A stretch of 64,000 nucleotides of DNA from an uncultured Myxococcales bacterium (GTDB lineage: Bacteria > Myxococcota_A > Polyangia > Palsa-1104 > JAEUJZ01), in contig CAZHYV010000008.1 in assembly GCA_964537055.1 (NCBI GenBank), forward strand, positions 52,773 to 116,772, given 5' to 3'. Below the pieces are notes generated by a model. The model did not search any database, was not told the origin of the DNA, and saw only the letters and a program-made list of their open reading frames with translations. Both the position numbers and the translations under genes were made by a program. Below, in pieces: positions 29,037 to 37,924 of the stretch; the stretch's first letter is position 1; each line of letters opens with the position of its first letter.

Positions 29037-29120
29037 AAGAAGGAAAAAATCTCAAATTAGAAAGATTGAAGAGTGCAGTATCCCGTGCCAAGCTTGCCTA
29101 GGGCTTCGCTGACCGAGAGC

Positions 29121-29429
29121 TTATTTTCTGCCAACAGGTTTGTCGGTGCAGATGTGGGTAAACCCTTCAAGGCGAAGGTCTGTGTCCCTCGCTTTACGAG
29201 CAGTTCCAGAGGCACATTGCTTTGCATTGGTGACACCTTCGTTAAGCGTAGCTTTTCGACAAACATCACCATCGCAAATACCTCCTACTTTGCTTTCGAG
29301 ACAAGCTTTGGGGTCACATTTCGGTGCTAAGTCGTTGTCTTCAAAAAGACCCCCACAATGGCCGAGACCGAAGAGCATCGAAGCGAAAAAACCAATCACC
29401 GAAGCTTTTTGAAAAATCGTTTTCATCAT
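29121..29429 (-). CDS. Small secreted cysteine-rich protein (8 Cys)
   Basis: Start at the ATGATG at 29429, preceded by AGGAGA. Signal peptide MMKTIFQKASVIGFFASMLFGLG. Cysteines in the mature region: CDPKAC, GGICDGDVC, QCASG, HICTD. Confidence 0.45.
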   Translation of the reverse strand: MMKTIFQKASVIGFFASMLFGLGHCGGLFEDNDLAPKCDPKACLESKVGGICDGDVCRKATLNEGVTNAKQCASGTARKARDTDLRLEGFTHICTDKPVGRK

Positions 29430-29550
29430 GAATGTTCTCCTAAATGAATTTAAACCTAATGCAGCAGTTGTATCTATCAATAAGATACCTACAAATTGGC
29501 ATTTGTCAACGGTGCTGTTAAAGACAAAGTTCTAGGCGTCTTGGCATTTT

Positions 29551-31650
29551 TTACCAAATATAGGAAACATGTTTCTTTCCCTCGTTAAAAAAGAGGACGG
29601 CTTGATTAGAAACGGTGAGAAAAATCAGGTCTTTATAGCCATCCCCGTCTAGATCCGCTAGCCAAGCGGTCTCATGCAAATTGTTTGTAGAGATAGGCAG
29701 GATGTCTTCGTCATAGAGAAAGCCCTGGTTTGACAAATTGGTAGCAACGCTTAAGGAAACTTCTTTACTGATTGAAAGAACATCAAGGGTTCCGTCTTGG
29801 TTGGCATCGTCGACCAGCATAAGGCCTGCATGCACAAAGGGAAGCTGTTTCGAGGAGCTCAACCGAAGTTGATACGCTTTGTCAAACGCAAAAACATTTA
29901 GTCGATACTGGGCATCGATTCGGTCACCGTTTTCTGAAACACTGTTCCCATCGATGGAAACAAATAGAGGCCCCATCGATGGAGGAGCGAGTGATTGAGG
30001 AATCGGATACAAAGAAAATCCCAGAAATGATTGACTTTCTGAAGGATTCGGCATGTATTCGGCAGCAAGAAGAAAAATATCTTCCTCCTCTTGCTTTGTT
30101 GCAAATCCAAGGGTTAAGTGATGGGGAGAGACAAACACCAGATCGAGGTTTCCATCTTTGTTTAGGTCCTCCACAATTTTGAGCCTACTCTCTGAACGAA
30201 GCGCATGGCTGGGGCTTATAGTCTTTGGTTCAAAATCTCCAAAAGAACCAGAGGTCTTGCTTCCTAACATGACCCCAAGGGTGAGATCCTCTTTTAGGAT
30301 CAGCAGATCAGCTTCGCCATCCTGGTTTACATCGCCTGCTTTTACAGAAAAGATAGAATCAAAAGGCTGACCGATTTGGATGGCGGACGGGCAAGCTTCT
30401 GTAGGATCAGACACAACAAGAAAAAGCTGCGTGGTGGTGAAGAAAACCAGATCCTGGTACCGGTCATGGTTTGCATCTACCAATGTTAGCGACACTGGCT
30501 CGTGCGTAGGCAGGGGGCATGGAGTGCTTTTGGTGAGCGAACGGTTTTTACTTCCCCAAAGAATTTGAAACTCGGTTTCTCCAAGGAGAATAAAATCCTC
30601 GTCTCCATCCTGATCAAGGTCTGTAACTATGTTTGATGTGCTTGTCCCATGAATCTCACCATCGAGAGGGATAGACAGAGGCTTGCTTGAGAAAGAGATC
30701 CTCGGTACCATCGGATAACGAAGTGCCTCGATTTTAGGAAGATTCGTTATGTAATCGGTAAAAAATTCATTTTGCTGTTTGATGGGGGCTAAAGAAGATG
30801 GCAGCGAATAGATATACCCAAACTCCCATTTGAGGGTAGTTCCGATTTCTCGGAGTGTATCCTTTGTGAAATATTCAGGTTGGCTCTGCTCATTCCCTTG
30901 AATGAATCCCCATGCCAAAGCGATTTGCCATCCCCAAGGTCCGTCAAGGCCCACATCCGCCACCGGGTAGGCCCTTGTCTCGGAAAGGTACACTTGGTGC
31001 ATTCCCGCTTCGCTATGCCGAGCCTCGTGGAGCAGGTTAGAGGCATAGTGAATTCGCTTTATCATAGGTAACAGATTGATTGAGGATACTGACGGTGAGG
31101 GATTTGATGGAGAGGAGGAAGAGGCTAGGGAGGAAGATGGCAAAGAGGATGAATCAGAAGGCGGAGGTACATCTTCGTCATAGCACACCTCGATTGCTTC
31201 TAGGGTGTATTGGGAGGCGGTCCCTAGGCATCCATATCGGAATTCTTTGGTTGCGTTGAGAATATAGTTCACCAACTCTCGATTTAGTTTCGAGCCCTGT
31301 AGGTCCAAAAAACGGTCTGAGAAATCATGCAATTGCGCTTGTTCCATCGTTGCCAGTCCAAACATAGGTTTATCTTTTGGAAAAGCGATGGGGGCCGTTA
31401 AAAGAAGATGAAAGGCTTCAATCAGCTTGTGTTTGGCATGAGGATGCTTCGCAAACGATTCATGGTTGATGGGCAGTGTCTTTTCAAGCGTTTCGTAGCA
31501 AGATGGGGAAATGGTTGGCTGTAGCGGTGTGCATCCCTGCTCTATCATCGTGGTGTAGAAATCCTTCTTGCAGGCAACAAGGAAGCTAGAGATAGAAAGG
31601 GCGAGGAGGAGACGAAAGATGCTGCTTTTGAGGAAGTTGTAACGCATCAT
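29551..31650 (-). CDS. Secreted protein with an HExxH (HEARHS) domain paralogous to 2230..3789, a Ser-rich linker, and C-terminal FG-GAP-like calcium-binding repeats
   Basis: Signal peptide LLALSISSFLVAC; motifs LLHEARHSE and GWQIALAWGFIQGNE; linker PPPSDSSSLPSSSLASSSSPSNPSPSVSS. Five or more DxDxDG-type repeats: DLDQDGDEDFILLG, DVNQDGEADLLIL, DLNKDGNLDLVFV, DANQDGTLDVLSI, DLDGDGYKDLIFL. Confidence 0.55.
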   Translation of the reverse strand: MMRYNFLKSSIFRLLLALSISSFLVACKKDFYTTMIEQGCTPLQPTISPSCYETLEKTLPINHESFAKHPHAKHKLIEAFHLLLTAPIAFPKDKPMFGLATMEQAQLHDFSDRFLDLQGSKLNRELVNYILNATKEFRYGCLGTASQYTLEAIEVCYDEDVPPPSDSSSLPSSSLASSSSPSNPSPSVSSINLLPMIKRIHYASNLLHEARHSEAGMHQVYLSETRAYPVADVGLDGPWGWQIALAWGFIQGNEQSQPEYFTKDTLREIGTTLKWEFGYIYSLPSSLAPIKQQNEFFTDYITNLPKIEALRYPMVPRISFSSKPLSIPLDGEIHGTSTSNIVTDLDQDGDEDFILLGETEFQILWGSKNRSLTKSTPCPLPTHEPVSLTLVDANHDRYQDLVFFTTTQLFLVVSDPTEACPSAIQIGQPFDSIFSVKAGDVNQDGEADLLILKEDLTLGVMLGSKTSGSFGDFEPKTISPSHALRSESRLKIVEDLNKDGNLDLVFVSPHHLTLGFATKQEEEDIFLLAAEYMPNPSESQSFLGFSLYPIPQSLAPPSMGPLFVSIDGNSVSENGDRIDAQYRLNVFAFDKAYQLRLSSSKQLPFVHAGLMLVDDANQDGTLDVLSISKEVSLSVATNLSNQGFLYDEDILPISTNNLHETAWLADLDGDGYKDLIFLTVSNQAVLFFNEGKKHVSYIW

Positions 31651-31773
31651 TTAGCTCCGATACCAACAAGGAAGAAGCAGACCGCAAAGAAAGCTGCGTC
31701 CTGTATTATATCATAGAGCAGAAGATGGATGGGAGAGGAAAGTGGATAGCGATAGAGCTTGTTTGCCCAACTA

Positions 31774-32130
31774 TTATCCGGAAACTTCCGCTGTAACCCA
31801 AGATAGATAAGAAGAACTCACCGCAGCAATGGGAAGCGCAATCAGTTCTGGAACCTGGTAGGGATGAAGCGACAGAAAACGGTCTAAAAGGGCAGGATAG
31901 GTAGACGCTGTTGTCTTGATGATACCAACAATCTCTTGGTCAGCGGTCACTTTTGTCTGCCAACGGTACAAAGAAGTCACTCCGGGGATCAAATTCACGC
32001 AGGCGCAAAGTCTTTCTTCAAGCAGGGCATGGGCGATCGAGGAGGCAATCTCTGCTGTAGGGAAGGTGCAGAGAAGAACCAAAAGATCGGCATTGGATGG
32101 GTGTGAAGCAGGGGATGGATGTAACGGCAT
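31774..32130 (-). CDS. cutA: Divalent-cation tolerance protein CutA
   Basis: ACVNLIPGVTSLYRWQTKV, a CutA1 signature; about 110 aa. Confidence 0.75.
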   Translation of the reverse strand: MPLHPSPASHPSNADLLVLLCTFPTAEIASSIAHALLEERLCACVNLIPGVTSLYRWQTKVTADQEIVGIIKTTASTYPALLDRFLSLHPYQVPELIALPIAAVSSSYLSWVTAEVSG

Positions 32131-32212
32131 GCCATGAGGCTACTTCATCCGGGGTCGATGTCTAGATTTTTACGGTTGACATTTGCTCTCTTCTTAGAAA
32201 TCGTGTCTGCAT

Positions 32213-33610
32213 ATGAAATTACCGAACGATCAGACGAAGGTGAATGCGGTAAGAGCTAGAGAAATTTTGGACTCACGGGGGTATCCGACGGTTGAAGTAG
32301 AAGTTACCCTAAAGGGTGGTGCAACGGGGAGAGCCGCTGTACCTTCTGGGGCTTCGACGGGCACGCACGAGGCCATAGAGCTGCGGGATCAAGATGCAAA
32401 GCGATATTTGGGCAGGGGTGTAAAAACAGCCGTTTGTCATGTGGAGGAAATGATAGGACCAGCGCTGGTGGGTCTTGATGCAGCTGCGCAAGCAGAGATG
32501 GACCAGCGGCTGATTGAGCTGGATGGCACAACAAACAAGCAGCGCCTTGGGGCTAATGCAACTCTTGGGGTTTCTCTCTCTCTGGCTTGTGCGGTTGCGA
32601 AACAGAGAGGACTTCCTCTCTATCAATACTTGCGAGAGGTGGGCGACCTAAGTAAGATAGACGAACCGCAAGTAGAGGTTGATACACAGTCTGATGGAAA
32701 GCCATTGGTGGGACGCTCTCACAAAGAGCCATCGCAAGCCCGGCTTCCCTGTTTGCCAGTGCCGTTTCTCAACCTAATTAACGGCGGGGCTCATGCAAAT
32801 AATGGCATTGAGATCCAAGAGTTTATGGTGGTTCCCTGTGGTTTTCCAAATTTTCATGAAGCCCTGCGGGCTGGGGCGGAAGTGTACCATCAGACGCGCC
32901 GCATTTTGTCCGAGCGAAGTTTAGCTACCAGTGTGGGAGATGAGGGTGGGTTTGCTCCTCGGGTGGGCACGCCAGAGGAGGTTCTAGAGATTCTGCTTAG
33001 GGCGATAGAGAAGGCTGGGTACCGGCCGCTAGAAGAAGTAGCCCTTGCCTTAGACGTTGCTGCTAGTGAATTTTACGATGCACAGAAAAAAGTCTACCAA
33101 TTTAGAAACCATCCCCACAGCTCGAAGGAGATGGTGAGTTTTTATGAGGATTTGTGTAAGAAATACCCTATTATTTCCATTGAAGATGGGATGGCCGAGG
33201 ATGATTGGGAAGGCTGGCGCCACCTGACCCGGATGATGGGCAAACATATTCAACTGGTGGGGGATGATCTGTTTGTCACCAATCCAGCAAGGTTAAAGCA
33301 GGGAATTCAGGGACATGTGGCTAACGCAGTTCTAATTAAACCGAACCAAATCGGCACCTTAACAGAAACGATTCGTACGATCCAAGCAGCCCAAAAAGAG
33401 AAATACGGGACGATGATTTCTCACCGTTCAGGAGAGACGGAGGACACTTTTATTGCAGATTTGGCCGTTGGTTTGTCTGCAGGTCAGATGAAAGCAGGGG
33501 CTCCTTGTCGAGGAGAGCGTACGAGCAAATACAATCAACTCCTTCGGATTGAGCAGGATTTAGGGAAAGATGCTCTTTTTACCGGGAAAGATACCTTTAG
33601 ACATCAATAG
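32213..33610 (+). CDS. eno: Enolase (phosphopyruvate hydratase) with an internal insertion of about 35 aa
   Basis: ILDSRGYPTVEVEV, INGGAHANNGIEIQEFMV, LLRIEQDLG; 465 aa against a typical length of about 430. Confidence 0.95.
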   Translation: MKLPNDQTKVNAVRAREILDSRGYPTVEVEVTLKGGATGRAAVPSGASTGTHEAIELRDQDAKRYLGRGVKTAVCHVEEMIGPALVGLDAAAQAEMDQRLIELDGTTNKQRLGANATLGVSLSLACAVAKQRGLPLYQYLREVGDLSKIDEPQVEVDTQSDGKPLVGRSHKEPSQARLPCLPVPFLNLINGGAHANNGIEIQEFMVVPCGFPNFHEALRAGAEVYHQTRRILSERSLATSVGDEGGFAPRVGTPEEVLEILLRAIEKAGYRPLEEVALALDVAASEFYDAQKKVYQFRNHPHSSKEMVSFYEDLCKKYPIISIEDGMAEDDWEGWRHLTRMMGKHIQLVGDDLFVTNPARLKQGIQGHVANAVLIKPNQIGTLTETIRTIQAAQKEKYGTMISHRSGETEDTFIADLAVGLSAGQMKAGAPCRGERTSKYNQLLRIEQDLGKDALFTGKDTFRHQ

Positions 33611-33628
33611 GAAGGGAATAGAGTACCT

Positions 33629-34240
33629 ATGCAAGATAGCACAAGCCAAAGGAATATAACAAATCAGGGCAAGCCAACGCAAAAGCAAATCGAGGAGTAT
33701 ACATTCGCGGCCCAGAATTACGTAGAGAAGATGTTAGGAGTTCGGATTCAAGAATCGGAAGATTCGTTGGCTTTTGTGGACCACTATATTCAAACCGTGC
33801 GTCGACAAGGACTGCCGAAGGAAGAGATTTTAGCTTTGATCGGTGCAGCCTTGGGGGTCTATTTTGGCCAGGTCGTACTGACAAAGCTTGCAGGAAGGTG
33901 GTACGGCCCCATCTATGCGAAGGAAGAATCACAACCGGATCCGCTCCAGTGGCGCATTGAGCTAGAGCAGGTGCCGTTGTCATTCTGTCCGGTTGCGATT
34001 GCAATCGCCTCCTTAAAAAAAGAAGAATCTGAAGAACAGGATACTGCCTTTTTTACACCTGCCGAGCTCTCTGATGTATTGAAAGAAGCCTTTTCACGAA
34101 TGGCCCCTGTTGACGAGGATTACTACTATTCTTTGACGGGCCGAATGGAAACTCTTCTTTATATGGTTGAAATTTTGGCAGAAATCATTCAAACAAGGCG
34201 CCAAGAGCAAAAAAGCACACGTAAGGTATCTAAAGAATAG
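33629..34240 (+). CDS. Hypothetical protein
   Basis: 203-aa ORF directly after eno; no recognisable motif. Confidence 0.4.
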   Translation: MQDSTSQRNITNQGKPTQKQIEEYTFAAQNYVEKMLGVRIQESEDSLAFVDHYIQTVRRQGLPKEEILALIGAALGVYFGQVVLTKLAGRWYGPIYAKEESQPDPLQWRIELEQVPLSFCPVAIAIASLKKEESEEQDTAFFTPAELSDVLKEAFSRMAPVDEDYYYSLTGRMETLLYMVEILAEIIQTRRQEQKSTRKVSKE

Positions 34241-34329
34241 GATGATCCTTGCGTGCCGTTGCAATTTTTAGAAACCAAATTATACTTACAGGAGATTACA
34301 TTAGAACGAGATTGATAAGAGAGCTTATT

Positions 34330-34653
34330 ATGAAAAAATTGATTTCCTTTTCCTTTATGAGCTTGATGCTCTTTTCGCGATGCGCGACTGCGCCTAAGCC
34401 TGTTGTACCTCCTGTCCCTCAGGGAGAGGCTGCCCCAGTTGTGGACACAAATGCACCCTCAGCCGCCTCCTGCGAGGAAATGCTAGGGCGATGTCAGGAA
34501 TCCTATTGTTCTCCCTACGGAGGAACCACTACTAACTTCGTAGGCTGTGATAAAGAAATGCCCGAAGGTCATTGGATGGAACAGTTCATTCGCACCCAAC
34601 CCTGTACATCGGAAGTAATCAAAGGGACCAAGCAAACGTGCCCATCTAACTAG
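34330..34653 (+). CDS. Small secreted cysteine-rich protein
   Basis: Start at the ATG at 34330. Signal peptide MKKLISFSFMSLMLFSRCA. Seven Cys, including CEEMLGRCQESYCSPYGG. Confidence 0.45.
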   Translation: MKKLISFSFMSLMLFSRCATAPKPVVPPVPQGEAAPVVDTNAPSAASCEEMLGRCQESYCSPYGGTTTNFVGCDKEMPEGHWMEQFIRTQPCTSEVIKGTKQTCPSN

Positions 34654-34900
34654 AAGCGATCCAATGAATTAAACTCACCTGTGAATAAAGGATTGTACAT
34701 TTCTTATTGGTTCTAAGGTCGTAGCCCTGCTTCTCGGTACAGTTTCCGCAATGGAAGGGTAAAAGAAGTCGTAATCGGTAGTGCGGAAATTATCAAAAGA
34801 TATTCAAATCCCGACTAGACCCAAAATTCATAGAACCCCTCCTCTATTTCCTACAATGAGCCTATGCCATAGGCTAAGCTTGCTAGAAGGGCGATTGTAT

Positions 34901-36718
34901 CTACATACGCTCTGGCGTTTCAATACCTAAGAGAGAAAGACCATGCTGGAGGGTTTTCGCTACCTCTTTGAGCAGGTGCAACCGAGAGATGCGTAACGGT
35001 GGATCTGCCTTTAGAACCGGAGCCTCGTGGTAGAATTGGCTGACGGCACCAGCAAGCTGGTATAGATACTCTGCAAGAACATGAATCCGTACGGATTTTG
35101 CCACTTGATGGACAATCCAAGGGTATTCTAAAAGCCGCAAGGCTAAGGTTCTTTCTGACGGAAGCTGTAACAAAATCGTGCCTTTTTCTTCCTGAAACCC
35201 CGCTTCTTCTTTTGCTTTACGCAAAATCGAGCAGAGACGTGCATAGGCATATTGGATGTACGGAGCCGTATTTCCCTCGAGGGACAATGCCTGTTCTAGA
35301 TCAAAGTGGATGTCCGAGTGTCGATCACGAGCCAAGTCATTATACTTGATCGCCCCTAGGCTAATTTTTCTGGCAATTTCGTCAACTTCGACTTCGGGGA
35401 GCGAAGGGTTTTTCTCACGCACTACCACTTTTGCCCGGGCTAAGGCCTCATCGAGCATCTCTTCGAGGAAGGGGACGTTCCCCTTGCGGGTGCTTCCCAT
35501 ACTCCATTGTCCGGTGTCAGGGTCCCGGAATCGCATCGAACCAAACGAGATATGCTCAAGATGACACCGAATGCCCATTTTTTGAGCGATAGCAAATACC
35601 TGTTTAAAATGGAGTTGTTGCGGGGTCCCTACCACGTATAGAATACGGCTCGGGTTCCATGTTCGAACACGATATTCAATCGTAGCCAAATCGCTGGTGC
35701 CGTACAAGAAAGCCCCGTCTGCTTTCCGAATCAAAAGGGGAGCTGGGGCCCCTTCCACTTGGCAGATGACGGCTCCTTGGCTGTGCTCGGCAATTCCTTC
35801 TTTGAGGAGCCGCTCCACGAGAGGTGCAAGGTAGGGGTGGTAAAAGCTTTCTCCATGAACCACATCAAAATGCACCCCTAGGCGATCATAGCTGCGCTGA
35901 AAGGTGGCCAAAGAAACCCGAACAAATTCTTGCCAAAGCGCCAAGTTCTCTGGGTTTCCGTGTTGCAGCTTGGCAAGCTCAGAACGCGCCTCTGCCAAAA
36001 GGGGAGTCGCTTTCTGGGAAGGAGGGGCACCCTCGATGGAAAAATCTTCTTCCTCTTCTGTTTCTAGTAAAGAAGCTCCAAGTGCATCGGCCTGCTTTTT
36101 CTCCTCGCTTACAAAGAGTTGATAGAGGCGGACAAGTTCAGCCAGCGCATCTTTTGCATAAGCCGCTGGGTTTAGCCAGTGTTTGTAGGCGACCAAGAGC
36201 TTGCCAAACTGCGTGCCCCAATCGCCTAAATGGTTGTCTGCAACCACTTGATAGCCGCAGGTTTTTAAGATTCGTCTGATAGCATCCCCCAAAATGGTCG
36301 ACCGAATATGTCCAATGTGCATGGGCTTTGCCACGTTGGGTGAGGAAAAATCAACTACGACGGTTTCTCCTTGAAATGCTGGTCGAATTCCTCGCGTTTC
36401 GTTCTCAAACAGTGCTAGCACTTGTTCTGCCAAATAGGCATTGTTTAGGGTCAAATTGACATACCCAGGACCCGCGATGGTTGCCTTCTCTACGGATGGA
36501 TGCGCTGCCAGCTTTGTTTGAACTATCGCGGCAAGATCGCGAGGGGGTTTCGCTAAAGGTTTTGCCAATTGCAAGCAGGCGGAGATTTGCAGATCTCCAA
36601 ACTCGGGGCGGGTCGCCGGGATCAGAGGAAGGGGTTCTAAAAGAGAAGGGTGGGGGCCAAGCGCATCGACAAGAGCGTTTGTGGCCCATGTCCCCAGATC
36701 AAGCACGAGATCGAACAT
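34901..36718 (-). CDS. argS: Arginyl-tRNA synthetase
   Basis: Class I HIGH motif PMHIGHIRST; 605 aa with ArgRS N- and C-terminal domains. Confidence 0.9.
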   Translation of the reverse strand: MFDLVLDLGTWATNALVDALGPHPSLLEPLPLIPATRPEFGDLQISACLQLAKPLAKPPRDLAAIVQTKLAAHPSVEKATIAGPGYVNLTLNNAYLAEQVLALFENETRGIRPAFQGETVVVDFSSPNVAKPMHIGHIRSTILGDAIRRILKTCGYQVVADNHLGDWGTQFGKLLVAYKHWLNPAAYAKDALAELVRLYQLFVSEEKKQADALGASLLETEEEEDFSIEGAPPSQKATPLLAEARSELAKLQHGNPENLALWQEFVRVSLATFQRSYDRLGVHFDVVHGESFYHPYLAPLVERLLKEGIAEHSQGAVICQVEGAPAPLLIRKADGAFLYGTSDLATIEYRVRTWNPSRILYVVGTPQQLHFKQVFAIAQKMGIRCHLEHISFGSMRFRDPDTGQWSMGSTRKGNVPFLEEMLDEALARAKVVVREKNPSLPEVEVDEIARKISLGAIKYNDLARDRHSDIHFDLEQALSLEGNTAPYIQYAYARLCSILRKAKEEAGFQEEKGTILLQLPSERTLALRLLEYPWIVHQVAKSVRIHVLAEYLYQLAGAVSQFYHEAPVLKADPPLRISRLHLLKEVAKTLQHGLSLLGIETPERM

Positions 36719-36831
36719 GCGTGCAGGCTATCGCGAAATCATCGTTTTGTCACACCGAATTTTATGCGTTCACTTTTTCTGATGCTGAAGGTGAATACCA
36801 CTTATGGCATCGAGAGCGGACCTGCTATATG

Positions 36832-37917
36832 CTAGGAAACGGAGGCATGCTTCTGCAAGAGGGCAAGGTATTCTCCTTCGCAAACCCAGGTCCATAGCTC
36901 GGCAGCACGCCACAGAGGGAAGGGATGGCTTTGGGACATCGTTTGGAGCAGGGTGTACACTTTATCTAGGATCCCTTCCTCTGAGCCTTTCCACGAGCTT
37001 ATGGCTTGTTCCATGAAGCTTTCCAAAGAGAGGTCCTTTTGAAATTTTGGAACTACTCCAGAGAGCTTCATGAGTACCCGTAGCGAGAGGACGGGATCTT
37101 TTGTACACAATACCATTCCACGGTCTGCTGTAAGTTCCGAGCACCGGTCCCATTTAAGAAGCGCTAACTGAAGGGGGAGTGCTACTAAGTTTCCAAGACC
37201 AAGCGTATATTTTGCCAGTTCTCCCGCTGCAAAGGAAAAAATTCTGGCAGCAATCTTGTAAAGCACATGCTTCGACTGCCAATGGGACAGTTCATGGCCT
37301 AAGACTGCTCCTAACTCGTCCTCCTCCATCATTTCGCATAACGTACTAGAGACGGCGACGTAAGGACGTTCGACTCCTCCTGTGAAGGCATTGACTTCAG
37401 GAGATTGATACACGTAAAGCTCAGGCAAATGGTTTAAACCCAAAGAATAGGCTGACTTCTCAAAAGTACGAAGAAGATTTGGAAGCTGTTTTGGAGAAAC
37501 CTGGAGGTAGCTGGATTGGTGAAATAAATGATCGTAGCGCTCTAAAGTGACTTCAACAATCTTTTTTAGAATGGTAGTGATTCCAGGAATGGATTCAAGG
37601 GCCTTCAGCGATTGTTTGTCCAGAGGATGTTGATAGTCGGAACCCTGCAGATCGACAAGATGGTTCTCTTTGCCGGCGAGAAGGGAGGATTGACAGCTTC
37701 CACATCGTACCTGGCCTGGATTTTGAAAAGCCTGATAAAGAAAAATTCTATTTTTTCCTCCACATCGAGGGCAGGGGAAGATGTTTGTTTCTGTAACAGG
37801 GATCGGAAAGACAGCCATGAAAAAATAGTAGCAGAAGCCTGCGGGAGCATGCAAGGAAGCAGATGTACTGTAAGGTAGCATAAGGTAAAGTTGCCCTCTG
37901 AAAAAAGGGTGGTACAC
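36832..37917 (-). CDS. M48-family zinc metallopeptidase with an N-terminal zinc-ribbon
   Basis: HELSHW (HExxH) and an N-terminal CPRCGGK ... CGSCQ. Confidence 0.75.
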   Translation of the reverse strand: MYHPFFRGQLYLMLPYSTSASLHAPAGFCYYFFMAVFPIPVTETNIFPCPRCGGKNRIFLYQAFQNPGQVRCGSCQSSLLAGKENHLVDLQGSDYQHPLDKQSLKALESIPGITTILKKIVEVTLERYDHLFHQSSYLQVSPKQLPNLLRTFEKSAYSLGLNHLPELYVYQSPEVNAFTGGVERPYVAVSSTLCEMMEEDELGAVLGHELSHWQSKHVLYKIAARIFSFAAGELAKYTLGLGNLVALPLQLALLKWDRCSELTADRGMVLCTKDPVLSLRVLMKLSGVVPKFQKDLSLESFMEQAISSWKGSEEGILDKVYTLLQTMSQSHPFPLWRAAELWTWVCEGEYLALLQKHASVS

Positions 37918-37924
37918 TTTTGTT

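Noticed and set aside
34654-34900. 247-bp intergenic region with a GGAAGGGUAAAAGAAG segment and a CCGCA...UGCGG stem, considered as SRP/4.5S RNA or another sRNA
   Set aside because: It does not match the conserved SRP domain IV sequence or any RNA family I can recognise by eye. It is probably just the argS 3' region and promoter.
35824-36279. 151-aa plus-strand ORF, with others at 35904..36122 and 36481..36897, lying inside argS
   Set aside because: Entirely antisense to a well-supported argS. No RBS and GC-rich shadow-frame composition. Typical overprinted artefact.
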